63,012 nucleotides of DNA, taken from positions 1 to 63,012 of the forward strand of contig JAYEFQ010000004.1 in assembly GCA_034658655.1 (NCBI GenBank), given 5' to 3'. Both the position numbers and the translations under genes were made by a program. Source of the stretch: Bacteroidota bacterium. Its GTDB lineage: Bacteria; Bacteroidota; Bacteroidia; Bacteroidales; ML635J-15. Numbering within the stretch: position 1 is the first letter of the stretch; every line of letters begins with the position of its first letter. A model generated the notes under the pieces. That model did not search any database, had not been told where the DNA came from, and saw only the letters and a program-made list of their open reading frames with translations. This document shows positions 41,276 to 52,141 of the stretch, one piece after another.

Positions 41276-42082
41276 TTAATCTGTTGTTAAAAAATATTTA
41301 ACATTGCGGAATACCATATCCGGTTGTTCAGCGTGTAACCAATGACCGGCATTTGGAATTGTTACGATTTCCGATGATAAAAAGATGTGCTCAATTAAGT
41401 TAAAATCATTTAGGGGAATATAATCTGAGTTTTCTCCTCGAAGAAATAGTGTGGGTGTTTTTATTTTCATATTGTTAAAATCTTCAGGATGAAATCCTTC
41501 TATTATCGCAGGAAGTTGTTTCTTTAAAGTCAGCAAATTTATTTGCCACTTCATGCCTTGCTCGGTTTTGTGAAGATTTTTTAACATGAATTGACGTAAG
41601 CGTTTGTCGCTTATTACTTTTAAAAATGCTTCGTCTGCTTCAGAATAATCATTAATTGTATTAATGTTAATGTTTAATAGTGCATCCATTAACTGCTTAT
41701 GAAACCCGGTGTTTGGGGCATCTTCCTCATCTGCGTAAGCACGAGGGGAAATGTCTGCAATAATCTGTCTATCAATAAGCTCAGGATACTCGCTGGTAAA
41801 AAACATGGCGAGTTTTCCACCCATTGAGTGTCCTAATAAATTTGTGTTTTTTAAATTTAATGTAGTGATTAATTCATGCAAATCTTCTGTCATTGCCGAG
41901 AAATTATGGGTGTTACTATGTGGTGATTGTCCGTGATTTCTTAAGTCCGGAATAATAACATGATAGGTTTCACTAAATCGTTTCCCTAAGCTTAGCCAAT
42001 TGTCAGAACTCCCGTAAAGTCCATGTAAAATAATTAACGTTTTTTGATGCGTTTCTCCAAATTCTCGATAAAATAGTTTCAT
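41276..42082 (-). CDS. Alpha/beta hydrolase fold protein
   Basis: GHSMGG nucleophile elbow; HG oxyanion motif (ILHGLYGS); C-terminal GHWLH. Confidence 0.85.
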   Translation of the reverse strand: MKLFYREFGETHQKTLIILHGLYGSSDNWLSLGKRFSETYHVIIPDLRNHGQSPHSNTHNFSAMTEDLHELITTLNLKNTNLLGHSMGGKLAMFFTSEYPELIDRQIIADISPRAYADEEDAPNTGFHKQLMDALLNININTINDYSEADEAFLKVISDKRLRQFMLKNLHKTEQGMKWQINLLTLKKQLPAIIEGFHPEDFNNMKIKTPTLFLRGENSDYIPLNDFNLIEHIFLSSEIVTIPNAGHWLHAEQPDMVFRNVKYFLTTD

Positions 42083-42133
42083 GTGTGTCTTTTTTTAATC
42101 ATGAAACTAACAATTAAGTATTGTCCTTGTTTA

Positions 42134-42856
42134 TTATGGCTTTTGATTTAATTGGCGTTTATACATTTGTATGCTGTTTTCCAGTCCATAATAAAGTGCA
42201 TCTGAAATAAGCGCATGCCCGATGGAAACTTCATCTAAGTATGGAATACTTTCACTAAACCATGCCAAATTTTTTAGACTTAAATCATGTCCTGCATTAA
42301 TTCCCAAACCAAGCGATTGTGCAAGTTTCGCAGTTTCGACAAAACGTTTAACTGCCTCATTTTTATCTTTCGGATAGTTTTCAGCATAGGGTTCTGTGTA
42401 CATTTCAATTCGATCTGCACCACATTCAATTGCATATTCTGTGTTTTGCAAATTGGTATCGACAAAAATTGAACATCTACTGCCAGTAGTATGAATACGG
42501 GCAATCACGGTTTTTAAGAACGCCTGATGCGTTTTTGTGTCCCAACCGGCATTGGAAGTGAGCACACCCGGTGGATCAGGAACTAATGTTACTTGATGGG
42601 GTTTTATCGTTTCAATTAATTGTAAAAACGATTCGTTCGGGTATCCCTCAATATTAAATTCGGTTGTAATTAATGGCTTAATCTCGTGCACATCGCTATA
42701 GCGAATATGCCGTTCGTCTGGTCTTGGGTGAACTGTTATGCCTTGAGCGCCAAATCTTTCGCAGTTTTTAGCTGCTTCTGCTACATTGGGGTAATTTCCT
42801 CCACGTGCGTTGCGAATTGTCGCAATTTTATTGATATTTACACTTAATCGTGTCAT
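42134..42856 (-). CDS. pdxJ: Pyridoxine 5-phosphate synthase
   Basis: [17 protein letters not shown]-terminus; 240 aa. Confidence 0.95.
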   Translation of the reverse strand: MTRLSVNINKIATIRNARGGNYPNVAEAAKNCERFGAQGITVHPRPDERHIRYSDVHEIKPLITTEFNIEGYPNESFLQLIETIKPHQVTLVPDPPGVLTSNAGWDTKTHQAFLKTVIARIHTTGSRCSIFVDTNLQNTEYAIECGADRIEMYTEPYAENYPKDKNEAVKRFVETAKLAQSLGLGINAGHDLSLKNLAWFSESIPYLDEVSIGHALISDALYYGLENSIQMYKRQLNQKP

Positions 42857-42995
42857 CTTTTTGTTTGTTTATTTGCCTTTAAGGAAACAAAGATACAGAA
42901 TGCCAATGAAAAACCCGCCAAAAAAAATTGTCTTTCTTTCGTAAAGAAATAGTCTTATATTTACAGGTTTACATAATCGCAGAAAATTATAAAAT

Positions 42996-43661
42996 ATGCT
43001 TGCAAAAAATTTGATATCAACAGTTGTCCCTTCAGTAAAAACTTCTGATTCAGGAAATCAAGCATTGCAGTGGATGGAGTTTTTCAAAATCTCCCATTTA
43101 CCAATTGTCAATAATAAGGATTTTCTGGGACTCATTTCAGAATCAGATATTTATGATTTGAATTGTGGTGACGAACCCATTGGAAATCATAATTTAGGAT
43201 TAATTCGTCCTTATGTCCTTGAAAATCAGCATATTTGGGAGCTTGTGGATGTCGTTTCTAAAATGAAATTAAGTGTAATTCCTGTTTTAAACTCCGATAA
43301 AACTTATATCGGGTTAATTACATTGCAGGATTTAGTACAAAATTATGCGAAAATTACCGCTGCTGATCAACCCGGAGGAATTATTGTCTTGGAGGTTGGA
43401 GTGCACGATTATTCCCTTTCTGAAATTAGTCGGATTGTGGAAGAAAATGAGGCCAAAGTTTTGAGCCTATTTGTCTCTGGGAATGAACATTCTACCTTGT
43501 TGAATGTGACCTTGAAACTGAATATTAACGATTTGGCAACTATCATTCAGAGTTTCGTGCGATTTGATTACACCATTAAAGAATCTTATTTGAGTGATGA
43601 TGCTGAAAATCGCTTATTCCAAGAAAGATATGAGTCGTTTCTGAGTTACTTGAATGTGTAA
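42996..43661 (+). CDS. CBS-pair domain protein
   Basis: Two CBS-like modules (HLPIVNNKDFLGLISESDI; VIPVLNSDKTYIGLITLQDL). Confidence 0.75.
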   Translation: MLAKNLISTVVPSVKTSDSGNQALQWMEFFKISHLPIVNNKDFLGLISESDIYDLNCGDEPIGNHNLGLIRPYVLENQHIWELVDVVSKMKLSVIPVLNSDKTYIGLITLQDLVQNYAKITAADQPGGIIVLEVGVHDYSLSEISRIVEENEAKVLSLFVSGNEHSTLLNVTLKLNINDLATIIQSFVRFDYTIKESYLSDDAENRLFQERYESFLSYLNV

Positions 43662-45059
43662 ATGCAAAAATTAGCGTTATATTTTATCGTTTTTATTGGA
43701 TTGATTTGTTCAAATGCCGCAAATGCACAGCGGATTGAAAAAATTATTATTCATGGAAATGAACAAACCAAGGCGCAAGTTATATATAATGAACTTGGGA
43801 TATCTGAAGGTGATGATTTGCCTGCTGGTGGATTTATACCTTGGGCTAAAGCTGCGAAACAACGACTTGAAAACACATCACTTTTTGTTGCAGTTAATAT
43901 TGGATATGAAACGACAGGGGGACAAATTGTGATACTCGTTGATGTTCAGGAAAGATGGTATTACTGGGCTTACCCGATTCTTGAGCATGCTGATCGAAAT
44001 TTCGCCTCATTTTTGAATGCAAGGGATTGGAAACGTGTGAATTATGGATTGAGTTTTGAAAAACATAATTTTCGCGGGCGAAATGAATTTTTGAAGTTTA
44101 AAATGCGTTTTGGATATCGTTCGCAATTCGGTTTTATGTATGATAATCTGGGCATCGATAAAGACAGAAGCCATGGGATTCAAATTTCAGCAGACCGATT
44201 TAAACAATCAAAAATATTGTATGCACTTGAAGCTAATTATCCTGAGTACGCGTTTGCAGAGAATGAAAGCCTTTTAACCGAAAATCGCTTTCGATTGCTT
44301 TATTCTTACCGACCTGAATTGTATCAGCGCATTAAGTTTATGGCTGAGTATCGCAATTATCAATTCGGAGAGGTGTTGGATTCTATCGCATCGGATTATT
44401 TGTTTCAGCAAGAGAATCAAAGTAAATTTTTATCGTTTTATTTGAAATATGAAGTCGATCGTCGTAATGTGAAATACTATCCGACTGATGGATATTTATT
44501 TTCCGCAAATGTTGAAAAACATGGACTTGGTGTCATGCGATCTGAGGTGAATCTATTCATGGTAAAAGTAAATTTTCATTATTTTCAACCTCTAAATTTC
44601 CGATTGAGTTTTGCATCAAAGGCTTATTTTACAGCACATTTAATGAATAAAGCAAGTATTCCTTTTTTATTTTCAAATATGCTTGGTAATGAATTTTATC
44701 CCCGAGGATATGAATATCGTATGGTTGCGGGAAATGCTGTTTATGGGCTGAATGAAACACTGCGAATGAAGATTTATCAAGCCAAGCCAATGTTTGATAA
44801 TTTGATTCCTTTTGAACAGTTTAAGCCCTTTACTTTTACTATGTATGCTTATGGATTTTTTGATTTCGCCTATGTGGATAATTCTTCTACTTCATTTGAA
44901 AGCCAATGTCTTGAAAATCAGGTGATATACAGTGGAGGTATAGGTGCGGATTTTGTTACTTATTATGATAGAAGTATTGGACTTCATTTTGCCATGACAA
45001 ATCAAAAAGATTTTGGTATATTTGCCACATTACGATCACCAATTTATAAAACCTTTTAG
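43662..45059 (+). CDS. BamA/TamA-like outer-membrane protein (one POTRA plus beta-barrel)
   Basis: Signal peptide. POTRA-like IEKIIIHGNEQTKAQVIYNELGISEGDDL. Alternating beta-strand pattern to a C-terminal F. Confidence 0.7.
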   Translation: MQKLALYFIVFIGLICSNAANAQRIEKIIIHGNEQTKAQVIYNELGISEGDDLPAGGFIPWAKAAKQRLENTSLFVAVNIGYETTGGQIVILVDVQERWYYWAYPILEHADRNFASFLNARDWKRVNYGLSFEKHNFRGRNEFLKFKMRFGYRSQFGFMYDNLGIDKDRSHGIQISADRFKQSKILYALEANYPEYAFAENESLLTENRFRLLYSYRPELYQRIKFMAEYRNYQFGEVLDSIASDYLFQQENQSKFLSFYLKYEVDRRNVKYYPTDGYLFSANVEKHGLGVMRSEVNLFMVKVNFHYFQPLNFRLSFASKAYFTAHLMNKASIPFLFSNMLGNEFYPRGYEYRMVAGNAVYGLNETLRMKIYQAKPMFDNLIPFEQFKPFTFTMYAYGFFDFAYVDNSSTSFESQCLENQVIYSGGIGADFVTYYDRSIGLHFAMTNQKDFGIFATLRSPIYKTF

Positions 45060-45060
45060 C

Positions 45061-45939
45061 ATGAAAATTGCAATTTACGGACGACGATTTAACAAATCAT
45101 TTAATGGCAGTGCAATTCAGATTTTTGAAGAGCTAAAAAAATATGAGGTGTCTTATATAGTGTATGAACAATTTGCCAATTTTATTCGCGAAAAAGTGCA
45201 TTATTATCCAGAATGTGAAAATACGTTTCATAAAGAAACAGAACTTGACGATGTTGATATGATGATCTCAATTGGCGGGGATGGAACATTGTTAGAGACC
45301 GTTACGCTAATTAAAAATAAAGGCATTCCAATTTTAGGAATTAATAGTGGTCGATTGGGTCTTTTGTCAAATGTTTCTGTCGATATGATTCCGCAGGCAT
45401 TGAATCAAATTATGAACAAAGAATATAGTATTGAAAAACGTTCCTTGATCGAAGTTGATACGGGACAAAATGATTTTAATGAATTAAATTTTGCGCTTAA
45501 TGAACTTGCAATTCAAAAGCACGAAAGCTCCTCAATGATTAAAGTGCATGCTTGGTATAACGACGAATTTATTAATACCTATTGGTCAGATGGTTTGATT
45601 GTTAGCACGCCTACAGGTTCTTCGGCTTATTCGCTTTCTTGTGGAGGTCCCATTGTACATCCGGGTAGTGAAAGTTTTATTATTACTCCAATTGCTCCGC
45701 ACAATCTCACGGTACGCCCTTTAGTTTTGTCTGACAAAGGAAACATTAGGCTAAAGCTTGAGGGAATGAGAAAAACGACAAAATTATCACTCGATTATCG
45801 TTCTGTAAACCGGGTGTTTTATGAAGATATTTTAATAAAAAAAGCAAATTTTCAAATAAATCTTGTTAAATTGTTTAATATTAATTATTTTAGCACTTTA
45901 CAGAAAAAATTGATGTGGGGTGTAGATATTAGAAATTAA
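45061..45939 (+). CDS. nadK: NAD kinase
   Basis: GGDGTLL motif. ATG at 45061 follows directly after the upstream TAG; the ORF-track extension from 45013 overlaps the upstream gene. Confidence 0.92.
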   Translation: MKIAIYGRRFNKSFNGSAIQIFEELKKYEVSYIVYEQFANFIREKVHYYPECENTFHKETELDDVDMMISIGGDGTLLETVTLIKNKGIPILGINSGRLGLLSNVSVDMIPQALNQIMNKEYSIEKRSLIEVDTGQNDFNELNFALNELAIQKHESSSMIKVHAWYNDEFINTYWSDGLIVSTPTGSSAYSLSCGGPIVHPGSESFIITPIAPHNLTVRPLVLSDKGNIRLKLEGMRKTTKLSLDYRSVNRVFYEDILIKKANFQINLVKLFNINYFSTLQKKLMWGVDIRN

Positions 45940-45999
45940 TTTTTAATTAATATCGAACATCTCACAATGTTATATGTTTGTAAATTAAATGTTTAAAAT

Positions 46000-46884
46000 A
46001 TGAAACGGCTCTTTATTGCATTAATAGTTTTAGCTCTTGCAGCGTCATCTGTTCAGGCACAATTTGGATCACAATGGCGACAATTACGTCAGGAAGTGAT
46101 TCTTGGTGTCGGTGGAACCAGTTTCCTTGGTGAACTTGGTGGTGCTGATCAAATAGGGACTCATTTTGTACGTGATTTCGAAATCGTATATACGCGCCCC
46201 GCTTTTACCGCTGGCTATCGCTACAAATTGAACGAGTCATTTTCCGTGAAAGGAGCTGTCTCTTATGGATGGCTATATGGAGACGATGCCACTACTGAAG
46301 ATGTTTATAGAAATAAGAGAAATCTTTCTTTCCGTTCACCAATTGTTGAAGTTGGAGCCAATATTGAGTATAATATCATAAAAGAAAAATTTGGACATCG
46401 TTACGATTTGCGTCGTATCCGTGGAAAAGGAAATACACCAAGCTTATATGTATTCACAGGAATAAATGGGTTTTGGTTTAATCCTAAAGCACAGTATGAT
46501 GGCGAATGGGTAGCACTTCAACCATTAGGTACCGAAGGACAGGGTCTCGTTTCAACACGCGATAAATATGCAAGAATTTCTTGGTCAATTCCTGTCGGAT
46601 TTGGAATGAATTTTCTTATCGATAGAAACTGGGGAGTTGGGTTCGAATATGGCGCTCGTTATGCAATGACAGATTATATTGACGATGTGAGTACAACCTA
46701 TGTTGATCCCGCTTTATTCAGCGATCCAGTGGCTCAAGATTTGGCTGACCGCTCTGAAGATTGGGTAGGAGCAGCTCCATATAATCAGAGGGGAGATTCT
46801 CGATTTAATGATACATATATGTTTATGACCATTAATGTAACATACAAATTGCGCCCAAGAGGTCGTGGTATGCCGAAGTTCTAA
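46000..46884 (+). CDS. Outer-membrane beta-barrel protein (DUF6089-like)
   Basis: Signal peptide ending VQAQ; alternating aromatic beta-strand pattern; position upstream of uppS. Confidence 0.6.
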   Translation: MKRLFIALIVLALAASSVQAQFGSQWRQLRQEVILGVGGTSFLGELGGADQIGTHFVRDFEIVYTRPAFTAGYRYKLNESFSVKGAVSYGWLYGDDATTEDVYRNKRNLSFRSPIVEVGANIEYNIIKEKFGHRYDLRRIRGKGNTPSLYVFTGINGFWFNPKAQYDGEWVALQPLGTEGQGLVSTRDKYARISWSIPVGFGMNFLIDRNWGVGFEYGARYAMTDYIDDVSTTYVDPALFSDPVAQDLADRSEDWVGAAPYNQRGDSRFNDTYMFMTINVTYKLRPRGRGMPKF

Positions 46885-46954
46885 AAAAATCACAGTCAAA
46901 AATACTATTTTGTTTCTCGTTTCGTTTTTAGTGCGACGTTCGTACATTTGAGCT

Positions 46955-47707
46955 GTGAAAATGATGATTAAGACAATGTTTAAACACAAAATAATAAGAC
47001 AAATGTCCCGAAGTATTTCGGGGCTATTTGTTTTTTTATGTTTAGCAAGTCCTGTATCATCACAGCAATATGGAGAAATCGGTGTACATTTAGGTGGAAC
47101 TTATTACCTCGGAGATATAAACTGGACTCAACATTTTTATGCTCCTAGATTAAATTACGGTGCATTTTACAAACAACATTTTAACTCGAGAATTGCATTG
47201 AAGTTTGGGGCATTTTATTCTCATATACAGGGAGATGATGCAAACTCACGATGGCAATATCAAAACCTTAGAAATTTTTCTTTTGAAACTCAGCTTACTG
47301 AAGGAGCAGTTCAGGTGGAGTTTAATTTCCTGATTTATGAAATTGGGGAGGTGAAAAAGAAGTTTTTTACACCATATGTTGATTTAGGAATTGGAGCCTG
47401 TTATACCGCCGATGCTCAAAATAAGTTTGCATTGGTTATTCCAGGAGCAGTCGGAATTAAAATTAATTTAACCGAACATATTGTACTTGGCGCAGAGTGG
47501 GCATTCAGAAAAACAAATACGGATATGTTGGATGACGTTACTGGTGAAGACTATGATATTTATGAAGAAGCAAGAGTGCCCGTAACAGCATCAAACAGAT
47601 ATAAACAATTGGGGTTTATGACAAATGATGACTGGTATTCATATGCTGGAATTACATTGTCATATGCTTTTCAAATAAATGGCTTCGTTTGTCATGCATA
47701 TCATTAA
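46955..47707 (+). CDS. Outer-membrane beta-barrel protein (DUF6089-like paralogue); start may be ATG 47003
   Basis: Signal peptide (LFVFLCLASPVSSQQ). Shares GGT.(Y/F)LG(D/E)(I/L) and GA.YS/YG motifs with the upstream gene. Confidence 0.6.
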   Translation: MKMMIKTMFKHKIIRQMSRSISGLFVFLCLASPVSSQQYGEIGVHLGGTYYLGDINWTQHFYAPRLNYGAFYKQHFNSRIALKFGAFYSHIQGDDANSRWQYQNLRNFSFETQLTEGAVQVEFNFLIYEIGEVKKKFFTPYVDLGIGACYTADAQNKFALVIPGAVGIKINLTEHIVLGAEWAFRKTNTDMLDDVTGEDYDIYEEARVPVTASNRYKQLGFMTNDDWYSYAGITLSYAFQINGFVCHAYH

Positions 47708-47722
47708 TTTTGTGAGGATTTT

Positions 47723-48463
47723 ATGTCAGAATTGAAAAAAAATATTGATACTAACCGATTACCAGAGCACATTGCCGTTATTATGGATGGAAATGGGCGC
47801 TGGGCAAAGAAAAGAGGCGGCATTCGCTTACTTGGACATCGGAGTGGAGCAAAAGCTGTTCGAGAAATTACTGAAGCCTGCGCAGAACTAGGTGTTAATT
47901 ATTTAACTGTTTTTGCTTTTTCCTCTGAAAACTGGAAACGACCAGGAGATGAAGTGAACGGATTAATGAAGCTTCTTGTGGATAGTTTGCAAAAGGAATT
48001 TTCAACATTGAAAGATAATGGAATTCGATTAAATGCAATTGGAGAATTAGATCGTTTGCCTGAAAAAGTGAATGATAAACTGCAAAAAACCATTCATGAA
48101 ACCAGCGATGGAAAACGAATGTGCTTAACTCTTGCTTTATCTTATTCAGGACAATGGGATATTATTCAGGCTGCTAAAGCATTTGCTGAAGATGTGAAAC
48201 AAAACAATAAAGCAATTAATGATTTGGATATTGACATGTTTAAATCGTACTTGACTACCAAACATATGCCAGACCCCGAATTAATTATTCGTACAAGTGG
48301 AGAACTGAGGTTGAGTAATTATTTGCTTTTTCAAATGGCATATGCTGAATTATATTTTACTGAAACCCTATGGCCTGATTTTAAGAAACAGGAATTATAT
48401 AAAGCAATTTTAGATTATCAATCACGAGAGAGAAGGTTTGGAAAAACTAGTGAACAATTATAG
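47723..48463 (+). CDS. uppS: Isoprenyl transferase (undecaprenyl diphosphate synthase)
   Basis: HIAVIMDGNGRWA and FSSENWKRP motifs. Confidence 0.96.
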   Translation: MSELKKNIDTNRLPEHIAVIMDGNGRWAKKRGGIRLLGHRSGAKAVREITEACAELGVNYLTVFAFSSENWKRPGDEVNGLMKLLVDSLQKEFSTLKDNGIRLNAIGELDRLPEKVNDKLQKTIHETSDGKRMCLTLALSYSGQWDIIQAAKAFAEDVKQNNKAINDLDIDMFKSYLTTKHMPDPELIIRTSGELRLSNYLLFQMAYAELYFTETLWPDFKKQELYKAILDYQSRERRFGKTSEQL

Positions 48464-48477
48464 CAAGCGCGGAAGGA

Positions 48478-50958
48478 ATGAAGAAACTCATAATTAATAT
48501 CGTAATTTTACTGGGCCTGAGCATAAGCTCCTTCTCCCAGATTTCTATTCAGAACGAACTGTCAAAAGTTGATTATTCAAACCCTAAAGAATACGAAATT
48601 GGCGGAATACAGGTTCTGGGAATCAAATACCTCGACCCCGTTGTGTTAATTCATTTAACAGGACTTCAAGTAGGTGATACCATTATGGTTCCAGGGGAAG
48701 AAATTACTCAGGCAATTGAAAAACTTTGGGAGCAAGGTTTGTTCTCTGATATTAAAATTGTCGCTGATCGAGTAATTAACAATCGGATATTTCTTAATAT
48801 TAAATTAGAGGAACGACCCCGACTGTCTAAATTTTCCTTTAAGGGCGTGAAAAAAGGCGAAGCCGATGATTTGCGCGAAAACTTAAAGCTTGTTCAAGGA
48901 CTACAGGTGACAGAAAATGTCATGATGAAAATTGATAAAGGCGTTATTGATTATTTTATTGATAAAGGATTTCTTAATGCCACAGTTAATGTTCAGCAAG
49001 AGCAGGATACTAGCTTGCCAAATTCGGTTATCCTCTACATTAATATTGATAAAAATGAAAAAGTAAAAATTGAGGAACTCAATATTGTTGGAAATGAAAA
49101 ATTAAAGGATGGGAAACTCCTCAGAACAATGAAAAACACCAAAGAAAAAGCATGGTGGAGGTTTTATAAAGCATCAAAATTCATTGAGTCTGACTTTGAA
49201 GAGGATAAACGAAATATTATTACTAAATATAATGAAGATGGATTTCGTGACGCGAAAATTGTGAAAGACTCAATTTATGATAACGACGAAAAAACAATTG
49301 GTATAAAACTCGTTATTGATGAAGGAAAACAATATTTTTTCCGAAATATTGACTGGGTCGGGAATACAAAATACACGGATAAACAGCTCTCAAGGGCTCT
49401 CGGTATTCAAGCAGGTGATATTTATAATCAAACATTCTTGGATGAACGATTGCTTGGTGAAGCCGGAGTATTTACACTGTATCAGGATAACGGATATTTG
49501 TTCTCAAATATTACACCTGTTGAAGTAAATGTTGAGGGCGATTCTATTGATCTCGAAATGCAAATTTACGAAGGAAAACAAGCGAGAATTAACAGGGTAT
49601 CCGTCAATGGAAATACAAGAACAAATGATCATGTAATTATGCGTGAAATTCGTTCTAGACCTGGGTCGCTTTATAAACGTTCTGAAATTCAACGTACCAT
49701 CCGCGAATTGGCGCAGCTCGGATATTTTGACCCCGAAAAACTCAATGTTAATTTTAATCCCGACCAAGAACGTGGTGTGGTGGATTTAGAATATATTGTC
49801 GAAGAAAAACCCTCAGATCAAATTGAACTCAGTGGTGGATATGGTGCTGGAATGATTGTTGGAACCCTAGGTTTGACATTTAATAATTTTGCACTTAAAA
49901 AACTTTTCGATCCTAAAGCATATCGCCCATTACCGGCTGGTGACGGACAACGATTAAGTCTTAGAGCTCAAGCCAGTGGTCCATTTTACCAATCTTATTC
50001 TGTAAGTTTTGTGGAACCTTGGCTAGGAGGTGAAAAACCAAATTCATTATCTGTTTCGGTTTATAACTCACGCCAAACCTATGGTTCTGACAGTACAGAG
50101 CAACATTTTTTTGTAACAGGTGCGGCAGCAGGACTTGGACAACGTTTAAATTGGCCGGATGATTACTTTACGCTTTACACCGAAGTAGGGTATAAAAATT
50201 ATAATATTTATCAGTGGTCTGGATTTATTTATACCGATGGTAGCTCTAACAACATTAATTTTAAAACGGTATTGGGAAGAAAAAGCAGCGGTCCAAATCC
50301 TATTTTCCCAACTAGAGGCAGCGATTTGAGCATGAGTTTAGAATTAACACCACCATTTTCATTAATGAGTTCAGCGGATTATTCAACAATGGATCCCACC
50401 GATAAATATAAGTGGATTGAATACCATAAATGGAAATTTACAGGCTCATGGTTTACGACTTTGTTTGGCTCAAAAGATGGTGGAAGCAGAGCCCTTGTAT
50501 TAAACTCAAAATTTGAGTTCGGTTTCCTTGCACATTATAATAGAGACGTTGGCCCGAGCCCGTTTGAGGGATTTCAAGTTGGTGGCGACGGACTTTACGG
50601 ATATAATCTTTATGGACGTGAAACAATTGGGTTAAGAGGTTATACAAATAATTCCTTAACACCTGAGGCCGGTGGAAACCTTTACAATAAATTTAGTCTT
50701 GAATTGAGATATCCATTGTCCTTAAATCCAACAGCTACTTTTTATGGGCTTGCTTTCGTCGAAGCGGGAAATGCATGGTACGGTTTTCAGGAATATGATC
50801 CATTTGACTTAAAGCGATCTGCCGGTTTCGGAATCCGCGTTTACATGCCGATGATTGGTATGCTTGGTGTCGATTGGGGATACGGATTTGATAATGTCGA
50901 AGGTAAAACAGGGGTAAATGGGTCACAATTCCATTTTGTTATTGGACAACAATTTTAA
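48478..50958 (+). CDS. bamA: Outer membrane protein assembly factor BamA
   Basis: 826 aa; signal peptide; multiple POTRA repeats; C-terminal barrel ending VIGQQF. Confidence 0.93.
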   Translation: MKKLIINIVILLGLSISSFSQISIQNELSKVDYSNPKEYEIGGIQVLGIKYLDPVVLIHLTGLQVGDTIMVPGEEITQAIEKLWEQGLFSDIKIVADRVINNRIFLNIKLEERPRLSKFSFKGVKKGEADDLRENLKLVQGLQVTENVMMKIDKGVIDYFIDKGFLNATVNVQQEQDTSLPNSVILYINIDKNEKVKIEELNIVGNEKLKDGKLLRTMKNTKEKAWWRFYKASKFIESDFEEDKRNIITKYNEDGFRDAKIVKDSIYDNDEKTIGIKLVIDEGKQYFFRNIDWVGNTKYTDKQLSRALGIQAGDIYNQTFLDERLLGEAGVFTLYQDNGYLFSNITPVEVNVEGDSIDLEMQIYEGKQARINRVSVNGNTRTNDHVIMREIRSRPGSLYKRSEIQRTIRELAQLGYFDPEKLNVNFNPDQERGVVDLEYIVEEKPSDQIELSGGYGAGMIVGTLGLTFNNFALKKLFDPKAYRPLPAGDGQRLSLRAQASGPFYQSYSVSFVEPWLGGEKPNSLSVSVYNSRQTYGSDSTEQHFFVTGAAAGLGQRLNWPDDYFTLYTEVGYKNYNIYQWSGFIYTDGSSNNINFKTVLGRKSSGPNPIFPTRGSDLSMSLELTPPFSLMSSADYSTMDPTDKYKWIEYHKWKFTGSWFTTLFGSKDGGSRALVLNSKFEFGFLAHYNRDVGPSPFEGFQVGGDGLYGYNLYGRETIGLRGYTNNSLTPEAGGNLYNKFSLELRYPLSLNPTATFYGLAFVEAGNAWYGFQEYDPFDLKRSAGFGIRVYMPMIGMLGVDWGYGFDNVEGKTGVNGSQFHFVIGQQF

Positions 50959-51019
50959 TAAGTGTAATTTTGGTCTGTTATTTGCATAGAAAATTCTGAA
51001 ATCATTAAAATATCAAATT

Positions 51020-51535
51020 ATGAAAAAAATATTTGTAACCATTATCGCCCTCGTTTTAAGTGTATTTGCAGTTAATGCCCAAAAATATGCTTATGTTGAT
51101 ACAGAATATATTATGAATAATATTCCCTTGTATGAAACTGCAAAACAACAATTAGACGAATTGTCAGAACAATGGCAAATCGAAGTGGATGAAGCAAAAA
51201 ATCAGGTAGAAAAACTCTATAAAGATTTTCAGGCTGAAAAAGTATTTCTTACTGAAGAACAAAAAATTAAACGTGAAGACGAAATTGTCCAAAAAGAAAA
51301 AGACTTGAGGGCATTGCAACAAAAGTACTTCGGTCGTGAAGGTATGCTGTTTTCTAAACGTAAAGAACTGTTGAAGCCTATTCAGGATGATATTTTTAAC
51401 GCTGTTAAAGAAATTGCACAAGAAGGAAATTACGCCGTAATCTTTGATACAGCAAATAGTTTAAATATGCTTTACACAGATCCGAAACACGATAAAAGTG
51501 ATGATGTGTTGAGAAAATTGGGTTACAAAAATTAA
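51020..51535 (+). CDS. OmpH/Skp family periplasmic chaperone
   Basis: Signal peptide; coiled-coil lysine/glutamate-rich core; follows bamA. Confidence 0.88.
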   Translation: MKKIFVTIIALVLSVFAVNAQKYAYVDTEYIMNNIPLYETAKQQLDELSEQWQIEVDEAKNQVEKLYKDFQAEKVFLTEEQKIKREDEIVQKEKDLRALQQKYFGREGMLFSKRKELLKPIQDDIFNAVKEIAQEGNYAVIFDTANSLNMLYTDPKHDKSDDVLRKLGYKN

Positions 51536-51568
51536 TTATTATATTTGTCAAAATTTAAATTAAATAAT

Positions 51569-52081
51569 ATGAAACGTATTGGATTATTAGCAAGCATGAT
51601 ATTGCTTTTTGTGGGAATTGGAATGAACAACGCTTCTGCGCAGAAATTGAAACTGGGACACGTACAAGTTGATTCGATTTTCCTGATTATGCCAGACAGA
51701 ACACAAGCTGAGCAAGAATTACAACAGTATTCAAAACAATTGGAAAATAAGTTGATGACGATGAATGCTGAGTTGGAATCTAAGTACAATGAATATTTAG
51801 AAGAGTCTGAAACTTGGCCAGCGACAATGAAACAAGATAAAGAAGAGGAGTTAAACGGGTTGCAACAACGCATACAAAATTTCCAAACGCGGGCACAACA
51901 AGATTTGCAAACAAAAGAATCTGAATTACTGCAACCGATTTATGAAAAAATTCGTCATGCAATTAAAGATGTTGCTGAAGAAGATGGTTTTACTTACATA
52001 TATGATGCCTCAATGTTATTGTATAAGTCTGACGACAGCATCAATATCACTAAAAAAGTAAAAGCAAAATTAAGTTTATAA
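51569..52081 (+). CDS. OmpH/Skp family periplasmic chaperone (second copy)
   Basis: ATG 51569 gives MKRIGLLASMILLFVGIG, a signal peptide; the ORF-track start 51545 is TTG. Confidence 0.88.
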   Translation: MKRIGLLASMILLFVGIGMNNASAQKLKLGHVQVDSIFLIMPDRTQAEQELQQYSKQLENKLMTMNAELESKYNEYLEESETWPATMKQDKEEELNGLQQRIQNFQTRAQQDLQTKESELLQPIYEKIRHAIKDVAEEDGFTYIYDASMLLYKSDDSINITKKVKAKLSL

Positions 52082-52101
52082 CTTCATAATAAATACTTTT
52101 G

Positions 52102-52130
52102 AAAAGGCCATTTTTTTAATGGTCTTTTTT
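52102..52130 (+). terminator. Rho-independent terminator after skp2
   Basis: aaaaggccatt at 52102-52112 pairs with aatggtctttt at 52118-52128 (one G-T pair), with a 5-nt loop and a T-run. Confidence 0.75.
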
Positions 52131-52141
52131 TATTTTTGGAT